A stretch of DNA of 63,675 bases, filler included, from Octopus bimaculoides (lineage: Eukaryota): assembly GCF_001194135.2 (NCBI RefSeq). It is 4 parts of 4 records of this genome, joined end to end, with 100 filler letters (N's around TTAATTAATTAA, not from the genome) between each part and the next. Parts side by side here need not be neighbours in the genome. Positions count along the whole stretch, not along the records: positions 1 to 23,858 come from NC_068983.1; positions 23,959 to 39,125 come from NC_068988.1; 2 more parts are not named here. One strand, written 5' to 3'. The notes under the pieces were generated by a model that made no database searches, had not been told where the DNA came from, and saw only the letters and a list, made by a program, of their open reading frames with translations. Both the position numbers and the translations under genes were made by a program. Shown in pieces: positions 14,159 to 27,500 of this stretch; positions within the stretch are counted from its first letter, which is position 1, and the number at the start of each line of letters is the position of its first letter.

Positions 14159-14735
14159 TAAACACATAAGAGGTATCCATCATGGGATACCTGGAACGCT
14201 AGAAGGAATAGCCAAAATCCAAACCACTATTAAAGATAAATTTCGAAGGGAATGAAAAATAAAAACATTTCCCTTATATCTCCTGGACCATTGTTTCTAA
14301 TTTTATATTAGCAAATAAAATAATTTGTTAGGCGAAGTCTTCATCAACAGGTATTCCTAGATTGAACATATAAATACGAGGCAATCCAGTATGTGCCCCG
14401 TGCTTATATATAATAATTTTCAAATCCACCGCGCAATCGCATCTTTTTTTTTTCGGCAGTAGATAAAATAATGTCGGCGTTACTTCGAAAATTTGCCAAA
14501 CAATTATCAATAATTAATAATATCAGGGTAGGAAATAATTTTAGAAACTTTACTACCATGGCCTTGTGTGTAGAAAAATTAGTGAATGGACTATATATTA
14601 TTTGTATAAATACAGTGTACACATAAACACGTAACAGGTATCCATCATGAGATACCTGGCACGCTAGAAGGAATAGCCAAAATCGAAACCAATGTTAGGG
14701 ATAAATTTCGAAGGGAATGAAAAATAAAAACGTTT
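14159..14735. repeat. Pair of 112-bp direct repeats (14159-14270, 14624-14735), about 91% identical
   Basis: Manual ungapped alignment gives 10 mismatches in 112 bp. Each copy has the hairpin AGGTATC(C)...(G)GATACCT followed by CTAG. Confidence 0.92.
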
Positions 14736-14815
14736 ACCATCTAAATTACCATTTAAATCTTTACTCTTTATATATACATATGCACACACACAAACGCACA
14801 CACGCACACACACAC

Positions 14816-14859
<44 letters not shown>

Positions 14860-16797
14860 TTTCATATACACAACAAGTTAAATTGAAATATGCCTGTACA
14901 TGTAGTTTTGTGTGCACGTGTACACATGTATAATGTTTATGTGCCTTTGTATATGTATGCGTGTATGTGCACGTTATTTGTGTCTTATACCTATATATAC
15001 ACCAGCAGATGGCACATATTCATATATGTATATGTACAAGTTAGATTTTTACACATAAGTGTGAATATATTCAACATTCGCTGAGCAGTAGTTCAAGTAT
15101 ATTATAATAAAATTGGCCTGATCTAGTAATGCATAATACAAGTCTGGCTATAGCTTACCGATGGAAGATTCATGTGAAGTGGAATTATAATAATCCAATT
15201 CATTTCGAAATACGAAAGGAGCCTGAAAATCATAGGAGACTATGTCACACTTTGACATATTAGATAACCGAACAGACAGCATTTTCTCGAGGAATTTTCT
15301 ATGCTTTTGTGCGTATCTCTACTAAATTGTCAACGTTTTGGTAATCTTTTACATTCAATGAAATAGAGCAATTCATTGGCGACATTTGCTTTTTGGACAA
15401 AAGATCAGATTTTGACTACTAGTAAATATTTTTCGATGTTTATTCAAAAATGGATTTCCAGCAAGGGTGTATTCTTTCGACCTAATAGAACATGGAGACA
15501 CTGTAAAATGTTACAAGAACATTTTCCTCTCTACATTCACGATGAGAACCAAAATATTATTTCAGATATAATTTGAGCGTCAAACCTAGAAAATAGTTAT
15601 ATAATTATTAAGGATATCGTTGATTCAGCATGATGTCGCTTCATTACGAATCTTAGTTATTTCGAGTTACTTCATAACCTTCATTAGATTATCACGTGCT
15701 CTGTGCACGTTGAATTCGTTTGAAAGTCTTGGTACTTTTATTGTCGGCAACCAATCAAATACCGATGCACTGTTTCACGTTTCATTGCTTTCTTTCTCGT
15801 ATCTAATATTCTACAATAGAGTAAATTTGAAATAGCGCTTCTATCAAATACATATTTCTATATTTTTTAAACACTTTTCAAAATAAAGCAGAGTGCTGCG
15901 AAACAAAAAAAAAACAACTGCAAGGAAGTTGTTATCGAGAAAAAAAAGTGTGAAAAAATAATTTTACTTGAAAGAGAGAAGTTATCACGAAGAACTGTCG
16001 ACCACTTAAATGTGAAAGATGTAACACTGAGAAGGTTTCAGTGAACAGAAAATCAAATCCAACGCAGAAGCACCGTAGAATCTTAAGTAAATGTAAAACA
16101 CAAGCAATTGTACTTAAACAGTAGGGAAATCTATTATATTCGATAGAATAGAACATCCCCCAATGCATTATCTGTAGACAGCTCTGCAAAAAGGAGACAA
16201 AAGTAAGAATTTTTGATGAAATCTATATTACAAATCATGCATTAAATCAATTACAACTTGCATTTTCGGTAGCCAGGGATAGGATAAAACTTTTAAAATT
16301 CTAGCTTTCTACAAAATGTCAAAGTGAATGGCGAAGGTTGATCAAGCGAAAGGAATTTATACATGTATTACTAACAGAGATAGTTAAAACAAAATTATCT
16401 TATTTATAAGCAAATATTCATTGCCAAAGGAAACAGACAGACTATTCTCAAAGAAATAACAATAGTCGGCTCTTCTATATACTGGAGAAAATCGGACGGC
16501 AAAATGAAATGTAAAGACTGACTCACATAATTATAATGCTGCAATGCATTAGAAGACAGATTTCAAACAACATTTTCGAAATGATTTAATGTTGTATGCA
16601 TTAAACACAGCAAGAGGAAGAAATCTAATGTATATAAAAGTGTTCGATAATCGTATTCTTACAGTGATTAAATAAACAAAGTTGGATCATATGTCCTCCT
16701 CATAGATACCGTTGTGCAAAAAAACTTTTAAAGTTTATTTTTACGTCTTTCTAATACACGGTAAATCAATATATAAATCCAATGTGAACATCATAGC

Positions 16798-16842
<45 letters not shown>

Positions 16843-18594
16843 NNNNNNNNNNNNNNNNNNNNNNNNNNNNNNNNNNNNNNNNNNNNNNNNNNNNNNNNNN
16901 NNNNNNNNNNNNNNNNNNNNNNNNNNNNNNNNNNNNNNNNNNAAATACGTGTGTGCGTGCGTATGTGTGTAGGTCACCGTATATGTGTGTGTCAGTGTGT
17001 GTGTGGAAGAATAATGTAACACGGGGATGGAAGTTATCATGCTTTAATAGATCACATTTGTTTCTACTTCTGACATCGGCTTTAAGTTGCTGAGTTTATA
17101 TTCATATACTATTGTACAAGATTATTCTTATAGCTAACTTTTCTGAGCAACCACCGTGGGAGGGCGTTTCTCCGGGTAGAATGCTATTAAGCACTTTATT
17201 CTATTCTACCCGATGAAGCGTCCAGTCACGTATGTTTGAATGTCTGTATAAGTGAACGTTATTTATGTATTCTGAGAGTATCTTTCACCCGCATCTCGAA
17301 GCGTATTTCAAAATGAACCAACGCTAAGTGAAATTTATACTCGTCTATTCGCACAGATCATTAATGCCCAGCTATGTGTAAGTACATGCCATAACTCATT
17401 TATGAAGTCATATTATTAATATTAATGTTCTATGAATTCAGCATTTATTTATGAATATTCGTTTATCGTGAATCACTTTTACCAGTTTAATATAGATTTC
17501 ATTTATTACTCTTATATTCATTAAGAACATGTTACCTGTTGATAAATCGATTGCTTGATAAAGCATAGCATACGAAAAACAATTTCTTTCAAATATCTCG
17601 GAGAATATTTAAACGGTTGATTCTTTGATTTCCAAATGAGAACGTGATTAAAATCAACTTAGCCTAGATTTTTTTCGGTAATCAGAATATTTGTAATCAA
17701 CGTTAGTTTGGCAGTGAATTTGTTCAGATAAATGTTATCACGCCATATATTAAATTGAAATTGGTAAAAACATCCGGCCGTATATTAAGTGTTAAATGTT
17801 TATGAGAAATGCTGTTAATAAGATTATCATTTCTCGGATAGTTACATGTATCATAAATGATATTTACCAATAAATTATGTTTAGATGGGTTTGATCTCTC
17901 ATCGCCATAACTTGTAGTAATCTTTATATTTAGAACGTTAAATGTAAATATTATACATTCTATGATTTATTTTTATCTTTGAGAATAATAGTTCGACATA
18001 TTTTGATATTATACTTACGTTTAATAGTGTTCTTTTTGTACACATCATCTATGCTATCATACGTAGTTTGGAGGACAAATAAACGTCCTCTGGAGTCAGG
18101 AACTTATTGCTTCTATTCTCATTACGTGAATTCTGAAAATATATTAAAACAGGTCATTTAAATTACTAAGGATATGATTGTTCTTATAATACATGTAATG
18201 CATATATTCATTCGATTTAAATATATTGACGAATCAAAATGTAGTTAAATTGTTAAGGGAACATGGCACATTGAGATAAGCATATATATTAGAAGCACGT
18301 TCTAACAAATGGAATCAAATCACATTAGCTCAATTCGACATCAATCTTGGGTAGCCCTTTCGGATATATGAAGTTTACAACTTACTATGGCAAGAATGAT
18401 CTAAATTCATTATGTTTGAAAAGGCAAATAAACATGACATCACCATTTACCGTAACTTACGTCTAGATCATTCTCTTTGCTACTAAACCCGTTCCTATTC
18501 AGCATTTCTTGCATAAGATGTTCAAGTATCGAAATATACCAAAAGTAATCACCAGTAATTATGACATATTCATCTATATAATACAATTCGTATA

Positions 18595-18648
<54 letters not shown>

Positions 18649-18841
18649 GATAAGGTACTTACAGGTGAGGCACCTAGTTAAGTCGGAATAAAATACACAC
18701 ACAGCAGTTATCGATAAATACCATTGTACAGAAGTACTAGCAGAATGATATTCGGGTCATATATTCAGTTAACTGAACCCGAGTATATAATCCGCTATTG
18801 AGCTAATAAGACATACACCTTTTGCTAAATATAGAGTACTT

Positions 18842-19544
18842 CGGAATACTTAAAAACCCAGCAGAGAAAGTTGTCGTTTGGATTTCCACCGACGGGAAAA
18901 ACATTGATCAAGATCAGAAAGTAAACAGAAGAAATGATAAACGTCTATATACAGACTCGTAGGAAGTTCCAACAGTGATACATAAAAAATTTCCTGCAAC
19001 TTCCATGGTTTTGGGGTTTGTCAACAATGAAGGACATGTGATGCCTCCACACTTCTTTCTAGAAGGTCATCGAGTAAACACTGCTGCCTACATAGATGTT
19101 CTGAATACAGTGGTTAATTCATGGATCGATAATATACAGAGCGGAAGACTATGTGTTTCAACAAGACTCTGCAACATCACACAAGGCTACCGCAAACAGG
19201 AATGGATGACGGAATATTTTCATGACCACATAATCCCTAGATTTCAATACATTGGACTACGTTGTATGAAGCGTAGATGACAAACAGGTTCATAACACCA
19301 AATAATCGCTAAGTGCCTCCATACTCAGAGTAATGTCCAATATGAACACAGAAAAATTGATCCTTGTATGTAGATGATTCAGACATCGCATAGAAGCCGT
19401 TATTGAAGCTGAAGGAAACTTTATTGAATAAAATGACGAAAAAATGTTTATCCGTATCCTGAAACATTCTTCAGTGAGAAGGCATAATTGTCTGTTTCTA
19501 AGAGCCATTTTTCTATAAGTATATAACTTTCCTCAAATACCTTG
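18842..19544 (+). mobile_element. Tc1/mariner-superfamily transposase remnant (maT/DD37D-like), 5'-truncated and frameshifted
   Basis: Translations include STDGKNIDQDQKVNRRND, KFPATSMVLGFVNNEGHVMPPHFFLEGHRVNTAAYIDVLNTVV, QEWMTEYFHDHI, a decayed SPDLNPLDY (DFNTLDY) and the C-terminal IEAVIEAEGNFIE*. A probable 3' TIR ends at 19544. Confidence 0.85.
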
Positions 19545-19548
19545 CGCG

Positions 19549-19603
<55 letters not shown>

Positions 19604-20309
19604 NNNNNNNNNNNNNNNNNNNNNNNNNNNNNNNNNNNNNNNNNNNNNNNNNNNNNNNNNNNNNNNNNNNNNNNNNNNNNNNNNNNNNNNNNNNNNNNNN
19701 NNNNNNNNNNNNNNNNNNNNNNNNNNNNNNNNNNNNNNNNNNNNNNNNNNNNNNNNNNNNNNNNNNNNNNNNNNNNNNNNNNNNNNNNNNNNNNNNNNNN
19801 NNNNNNNNNNNNNNNNNNNNNNNNNNNNNNNNNNNNNNNNNNNNNNNNNNNNNNNNNNNNNNNNNNNNNNNNNNNNNNNNNNNNNNNNNNNNNNNNNNNN
19901 NNNNNNNNNNNNNNNNNNNNNNNNNNNNNNNNNNNNNNNNNNNNNNNNNNNNNNNNNNNNNNNNNNNNNNNNNNNNNNNNNNNNNNNNNNNNNNNNNNNN
20001 NNNNNNNNNNNNNNNNNNNNNNNNNNNNNNNNNNNNNNNNNNNNNNNNNNNNNNNNNNNNNNNNNNNNNNNNNNNNNNNNNNNNNNNNNNNNNNNNNNNN
20101 NNNNNNNNNNNNNNNNNNNNNNNNNNNNNNNNNNNNNNNNNNNNNNNNNNNNNNNNNNNNNNNNNNNNNNNNNNNNNNNNNNNNNNNNNNNNNNNNNNNN
20201 NNNNNNNNNNNNNNNNNNNNNNNNNNNNNNNNNNNNNNNNNNNNNNNNNNNNNNNNNNNNNNNNNNNNNNNNNNNNNNNNNNNNNNNNNNNGCAACATAT
20301 TTACTGAAA

Positions 20310-21085
20310 GCGAGGGAATGCAGCTTTCAAAATTTATCTCTTAAAAACATTTAACTCAACGGTAGACCACTGGTTTCTAAATCAAATACAGAAAAACTGT
20401 GAAGTATCCTGTATTCTTTTGTTCATCAGTACACGTATGGTCGATACACATAAAGAATAAACAAGAATCAACCTACAACGATGTAGCCATCACAGTACGA
20501 TGACTTTCGTTTAGGATTATTTATCCATGAAAGAGATTTGAATTTATCCAGTTGCATCTCAGTAACATGTGTTTATACAGAATAATATTCAGCACTGAAT
20601 ATATTCTAATTATTTATAATATAATATAGGATAAATTCTTCATAAGAATTTATCAAGTAGTCAGCGTGAAAAAACCTCAAAATGAAAAAAATAACGAAAA
20701 ATGTTCGTAATGAAAAAAATTCATCATTTCATTATAAATATAAATACTTATATATAAAGGGCATTAACTGTGTATTAATGCCTCACGCTTCGAGGGACTA
20801 AATAAGTCAAAAAACTGTATAAGCACATGTTACTGAGATGCAACTGGATAAATTCAAATCTCTTTCATGGATATATAATCATGAACGAAAGTCATCGTAC
20901 AGTGATGGCTACATCGTGGTAGGTTGATTCTTGTTTATTCTTTATGTATCTTGACCATACGTTTACTGATGAACAAAAGAATACATGTTACTTCACAGTT
21001 TTTCTGTATTTGATTGACAAACCAGAGGTCTACCGTTGAGTTAAATGTTTTTAAGAGATACATTTTGAAAGCTGCATTCCCTCGC
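20310..21085. mobile_element. Fold-back/MITE-like element with 271-bp inverted arms (20310-20580, 20815-21085) and a 234-bp spacer
   Basis: Manual alignment of the left arm with the reverse complement of the right arm gives about 16 mismatches in 271 bp. No ORF. The right end runs into a gap. Confidence 0.85.
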
Positions 21086-22379
21086 NNNNNNNNNNNNNNN
21101 NNNNNNNNNNNNNNNNNNNNNNNNNNNNNNNNNNNNNNNNNNNNNNNNNNNNNNNNNNNNNNNNNNNNNNNNNNNNNNNNNNNNNNNNNNNNNNNNNNNN
21201 NNNNNNNNNNNNNNNNNNNNNNNNNNNNNNNNNNNNNNNNNNNNNNNNNNNNNNNNNNNNNNNNNNNNNNNNNNNNNNNNNNNNNNNNNNNNNNNNNNNN
21301 NNNNNNNNNNNNNNNNNNNNNNNNNNNNNNNNNNNNNNNNNNNNNNNNNNNNNNNNNNNNNNNNNNNNNNNNNNNNNNNNNNNNNNNNNNNNNNNNNNNN
21401 NNNNNNNNNNNNNNNNNNNNNNNNNNNNNNNNNNNNNNNNNNNNNNNNNNNNNNNNNNNNNNNNNNNNNNNNNNNNNNNNNNNNNNNNNNNNNNNNNNNN
21501 NNNNNNNNNNNNNNNNNNNNNNNNNNNNNNNNNNNNNNNNNNNNNNNNNNNNNNNNNNNNNNNNNNNNNNNNNNNNNNNNNNNNNNNNNNNNNNNNNNNN
21601 NNNNNNNNNNNNNNNNNNNNNNNNNNNNATATATATATATATATATATATACGTGTGTTACTCTGTATGAAACAATATGCTTTTTGGTGTTCATCAGTAT
21701 TAAAATATTGTTGATCGTCTTCAATAAACGAATTCAATGATTGTGCAATGTATTAGGTGAATTTATTCACAGATTGTTCACAATGGAACAATGCAGATGT
21801 GATAAAGAATAAAAAGAGGAAACACGTAACGAAATATGAATCCAGACAAAATTGGTCACATTTAGTGTCAGAGACAATCAATTTTGACAGTGAATGATGT
21901 GGCTGGTATTAGTAAACGACGACTATAACACTATAATACAACGATTGAACGTAAGCGGATTAGATTAACAATATTTTCTTCACTATAAAGAATAGTCCTT
22001 TAGAGCATTATTTCTGACACACTATAATATAGCTGTTTATTCCGCATAAAACGTGACATTAATGCATTTTGACTGTAAGGGAACTGCAATGTGTATCTAT
22101 GGCTTAACTAACCAAATGTTATGACAAAGTACTCGGTAAATCAAATGATCTTAAGTGAGGAAATACGTTCTAAGATTGCAATTCATAACAGTTTCCATTC
22201 ATGTTATGAATACCACTCATATTCTGTTTTTCACGTCAAAGAAACCTAATCGACCGTAAATGACGAAATTATTAAATAATGTGAATGAATAAATATATAA
22301 ATATGTAAGAGTTTACATCAGGCAGATGTAATCAAGTCTCGTTTAGCTGCACAAACTAAATCGCATGACCAACACGGAA

Positions 22380-23697
22380 ATTTGTGGATTCAAAGGCACA
22401 CACTCATACACCGATTTCGGGTGGTGTTGTGGTGGTGGGGTGTGTGTAGAGCTATTAGGGTGTGGCGTAGGCGTGTAGGGGTAGGGTGCAGCATGGATAT
22501 ACAGGTAGGGTGGGCGTGGGGTGGTACTATTGACGTGAGACTGTGCGTAGGAGAGAAGGGAAAAAGTCCATGTCAGATGAAGAGAGGAGAGAAGGGGAGA
22601 CAGACGAAGAGAGGATGGGAGATGAGTCCATGTAACACAAAGGCGCGAAAAGTGAAAATGAATTCCTGTTCAAGGCAAAGGCAGGATTCTGGATGGCCAC
22701 TGTGTAAAGACAGTCCGAACGTAGACACGTGTTGTAGTGAATGACCAGTAGAGTGGAAATGTCGCGAGACCGGTGTGTCATTGCCGAGTTTGATATCTCG
22801 GAGGAGCAGTAGATAACATTGCTAGAAGTGCAAAACTCGGTGATATAATTGGGACGATGATGGGTGTCTGTGAGGATGATGGAGTTGAAGAGGTATGGCA
22901 AGTGCAGTAGCGTGATGAGAATGATGAGAAATGCGCAGAAGTGTTGGAAGTAGTGAAGGAAAAGTCAAGGGCAGCATGGAAGGACTGGACAAAAGAGAGG
23001 AAGGAGTCTAGTTGTTTGCGAGAGAGTGAGGTCGCGCCGATACAGTCATCAATATAACGACCGTATAGTCCTGGAGCGGGACCAGTGAATCGTGAGAATA
23101 TTTAGGTCTCAACGCCTCCAACGAACGGTTTCGCACAGTTGAGGCTCATTCATGTTCCAATGGACACTACCGAGAAATGTTGGTAAAATTCACGCGTGAA
23201 CGCTAAGCAGTTGAAGAGAAAAACAATTTCGGCCAAACAAAGAAGTGTGGAGGTTTCAGGTTGGAGTGGTTGTTTGAAGGTCCAGACAATGTTTAATTGC
23301 AAGAAATCCTTCGTTGTATGGAATTACCGTATATAAACTCCTGATATCAAGATTGAAGAGAAGTTTAGAGGGGCTAGAAGAGAAGGAGAAAGTGTTGAAG
23401 AGACGGAGAGCAAGGTTAATGTCATGCATTTGGTAGGGGAGAGTCGTCACTAGAGGAGCAAGGACATGATTGAGGTATTTAGAGATCAATTCCGTAGGGC
23501 AGTTACATACGGAGACGAGGGGTGATCAGGACTGTTGGGCTTGTAGATTTTGGGCGGGAAACAGATGGGGTGGATGGGTGCGTGGAGTGCAGACAATGAA
23601 TTTGGAGGCAGTGGGAGGGAGGAGACTAGATGAGGAGATGAATTCATGGATAGCGGAGGACATAGGCTGTTAGTAGTTAGGGGTGCGGTTGGAAGGC
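22380..23697 (-). mobile_element. Penelope-like retroelement (Neptune/Poseidon-type), internally deleted: RT plus GIY-YIG end plus 3' UTR
   Basis: Minus-strand translations include ISKYLNHVLAPLVTTLP..., LFNLDIRSLYTVIPYNEGFLAIKHCL, the catalytic YGRYIDDCIGATS, and CTSSNVIYC / TPVSRHFHSTGHSLQHVS. The 3' part is homologous to 61250-61420. Confidence 0.88.
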
Positions 23698-23858
23698 AGA
23701 TGGCAATCCATCTATCTGTTTATCTATCCATCTATTAATACACACACACACACAGACACACACACACACACATATATATATATGTATATATATATATACA
23801 TAAAGACATACATATATATATACATACAAACATACATATATATATATATATATATATA

Positions 23859-23958
23859 NNNNNNNNNNNNNNNNNNNNNNNNNNNNNNNNNNNNNNNNNN
23901 NNTTAATTAATTAANNNNNNNNNNNNNNNNNNNNNNNNNNNNNNNNNNNNNNNNNNNN
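23859..23958. other. Artificial scaffold-join spacer N44-TTAATTAATTAA-N44
   Basis: Exactly 100 bp, identical at three places, with stop codons in all six frames. Confidence 0.93.
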
Positions 23959-24114
23959 AAGGTTAGCCGAGTACCCTCCCCACTAATTCAGGCACCTTAA
24001 CTGAAAGTTCAATATGGAGAATTTTGTAAGCTGCTTCAATACGGAAACGAAAAAGTAATATTTCTCAGCGATATAATCAAAATATCTACAAATCTATAAA
24101 CACTGGTTTCTGAA

Positions 24115-24503
24115 TATTCTTTTCTACTCTAGGTACAAAGCCCGAAATTTTGGAGAAGGGGGTTAGCCCACTAGATCGACCCCAGTACGCAACTGGTATT
24201 TAATTTATCGACCCCAAAAGGATGAAAGGCAAAGTCGACCTTGGCGGAATTTGAACTCAGAACATAAAGATAGACGAAATACCGTTAACCATTTCGCCCG
24301 GTGTGCTAACGTTTCTTATTTCTTTATTGCCCACAAGGGACTAAACATAGAGAGGGCAAAAAAGGACAGACAAACGGATTAGTCGATTATATCGACCCCA
24401 GTGCGTAACTGGTACTTATTTAATCGACCCCAAAACGATGAAAAGCTAAGTCGACCTCGGCGGAATTTGAACTCAGAACGTAATGGCAGACAAAATACCG
24501 CTA
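24115..24503 (-). mobile_element. Two tandem tRNA-derived SINE copies (Meta-like core, different tails)
   Basis: Both carry 'gtcgacct(t/c)ggcggaatttgaactcagaac' and 'atcgaccccagt(a/g)cg(c/t)aactggta'; CpGs are intact. Confidence 0.92.
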
Positions 24504-27500
24504 ATACGGCTGAATATTATAGACTGTTCTGCCAATCTCAAAAAGTACCATATAAGGAAGTCAACCTGGGCATTTAATCTCACGAAGACAATAATTCAAT
24601 GACCAACCAATTTCTTTTGAAAATTGAAAGTATGGTTTGAATATATTTTATTATTTCTCAGTATATAATACAATGAGTAAATGTGGGGCAAATATAATGA
24701 AAAAACGAGTCGGTTAAGCGCAATCAAGTAATTTCGAAATCTTTCAAGAAAATAGAGAAACTACTTCTATACCTATGTAACACATTGATGTAAGCCTAAA
24801 CATCAATCAAGACACGAAGAATGATATTGATATTTAATCCCACCTCATAACAAATTAAATATGTGGGAGCATTTCAAGAGGTAATATTATAAAGGTATTG
24901 AAAGAAGCCTTGTAATGTGGTATAGGTGTTTGGGACGATTGTGAAACTTGGGAAAATGAAATATAAACCGGTCTTGGATTATAAAGAAAATGAATTTAAA
25001 AGGAACTGCTGAAACAGGTATGAAATGTGTGTTTTTATAGTCCTTCATGCTCCAGGTTGTATTTCAAGCTGAGAAATTTTGAAAGGTATTCTGTCTGTAA
25101 ATCAAGCAGCAATTAATGTATATTTTGAGCTGAATAATTTAAAATCGTAGTATATATACGTTTACTTCAGTTAAGATGATTAATACACATTTGTTTTTAA
25201 ATTCCAAACGTTTATATCATATATCAGTAACATAACGGCTTGTGTTCTGACATATACGAAAATTCTCTCTAAATTGTTGATTATATATGTATTGTAGACC
25301 GTCTTTTAGTCATACACAGTGTGCCTTTTTAATTTATTATCAAACATGTCCCTACTTTTTAAGACTGTTAGGCAATATTTAACTAAGCTTTGGTTGTTTT
25401 GCCTAGCAGTTTGAGCGACGTGATAGAGCTTCTCTCGTTGGCTAAGCTTCGTTGGAAGTTGCAGCTTGTGTTACATTATTAACCCGTGGCAATCATTGCA
25501 ATACGAAATCGAATTGATGTCATCCATCAGCGCATTCTTAAGCGTTCTACTTTTATCTACCATACCAAATCAATGCTATTAATTCTAGATCAGGTGATTT
25601 TAGTCTTTAAATTAACCCAAAAGCTTTTATTTTATATTCTACATCTGCTAACATCTTGATAACAAAGGATTGCCTAATAGGAGCTAAACTTCTAAATATT
25701 ATATTTCTACCTACTTACCATTATTTGGTTGAAGGCAGCAATTTATTAATGTGATTTCGGGGTCAACGAAACTTTTAATTACTTTTAGATTTCAACCTTG
25801 AAAGAAAACGTCGCAAATATGAATTATTAGGATAATCTTGCTAAGTTCAAATCATTTGGTATCACCTCCATTGATGTGTTGTTCGGTCTTTTGATGTTAT
25901 CGTAACGTTATCTTGGTTTCCTTAGTATGTCGTGTGAACTTTACTCTTGTATTTATCGTATGATTTATCCTTAAGACAGGATATTATAGTTATACGTCAC
26001 TATTCTGATAGCAAGCTTTCTAATAGATTCGCGTCATAAAAATATATAAAAGTCCTTATGAAAGGAAAGTATTTACAAACAATGAGATGTTTGAATTTTA
26101 AAAAGCTGATGAGGAAATAAATAATTTTCCTATATTAAGACGACAGTAATTTAAAGATGATGTTTCTTCTTTTTGTCTAATTCATCTAATGCCTTCATGC
26201 TTAACTGAACGGTTATTTTTATTCGTACTATATAAAATAAAGAGTTAACAGAATGCTAACAAGATGAACAGATATGATAGATGTTCATTCTTCGGACATA
26301 TTAAAATGTATATATAAGTGTTCATAAATATGTGAAATAAGATGTGTAACCATATTTTATATATCTTGCTGATTGTCATTATATTCATACCTGATTGTTA
26401 GGTCTTCATTTACAGACCCATAAATCTAAGGCTGTTATTTCTGTTACTTGCCTCGTCTTCTGAAATAGCTAGCTATGTACGACACGCGATTATGCTTCCT
26501 CAGTATAGCATCTCTAATCGTCTCCGCATGCCATTGCGTCGTACAAATCTATAATCTATACATTCAGATAGTCCTCCCCTCAAGTTGCACAAATAATATT
26601 CACAGCTTGCTACCTGCAGTAATTTACGCTGAATTAGCAATGTCCTCGCTAGACATATAATGTCAGAAAATGCAATATAACATCTTCTTTAACTAAGTAA
26701 TTGAAAATGGCCACCGAAACAATTGCTTGCTTATTCATTCGATTATAGAATATGTAGTGCGAAGAGGTAAATTAGCTTCAAGAAAATAATAGAGTTGTTA
26801 ATTTAAAATGTACGTATGCAGACGCCAAGAAAGAATATGAAATAATTTGAACATTATTCCTACAAATGTAGCTTCGAATAAATGCAAGATATTCTCTCTC
26901 ACACACCTGAATATAGCATTCACTTATAATTATATATTATGGAAATACTCACACGCAACAACCACTGATGTCATCTTCAATATAGTGTAGTATGTGCGAA
27001 TTAGATTAAAGTATATAACAGCATTTATCATTTCTCCTTAGTTGTCAAAGAACTTCTTACCCTCTATTGGTTACTAATTGTAATTGATTTCACTTGGGAA
27101 TATCATATATATCGTCTTTTGGGAAGAATGAACCGGTAAAAACATTAGCTATGCCTCATATCACAGCCTACATACATATTTCTTATGAAACTTTATAGAC
27201 AAATTTAAAATATGAATTCAATAACTGTCACAAAATCTATAATTATTACTTCTGTTGTAAATCTGAAATGATTCTAGAAATTTCTTCCAATGAACTCATA
27301 TGACGGTTTCGATTCTTTTGAACAATATTTTTTCCTTATGTTGTTCATTCCTAGAAATTAATTTGACATTTGCATTTCTCCTCCTAGACACTTAAGCCGC
27401 ATACTTCTGAGAGAGTGACTGTGATAACAAAAACTTGTAGTAAAGAGGAGACTTAGGTGCTTTATTACGTTTACTGTGTTGGTTCACTGTCCAAACACGG

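Noticed and set aside
23903-23914. Palindromic TTAATTAATTAA (homeobox- or PacI-like site), found three times
   Set aside because: It is always centred in an exact 100-bp N spacer, so it is an assembly linker, not biology.
25700-25790. Minus-strand donor GTAAGTA with an upstream acceptor
   Set aside because: All three frames between the acceptor and donor contain stop codons.
26700-26730. ttgaaaatggccaccGAAACaattgc, resembling a hammerhead
   Set aside because: The CUGANGA core is broken and there is no NUH triplet.
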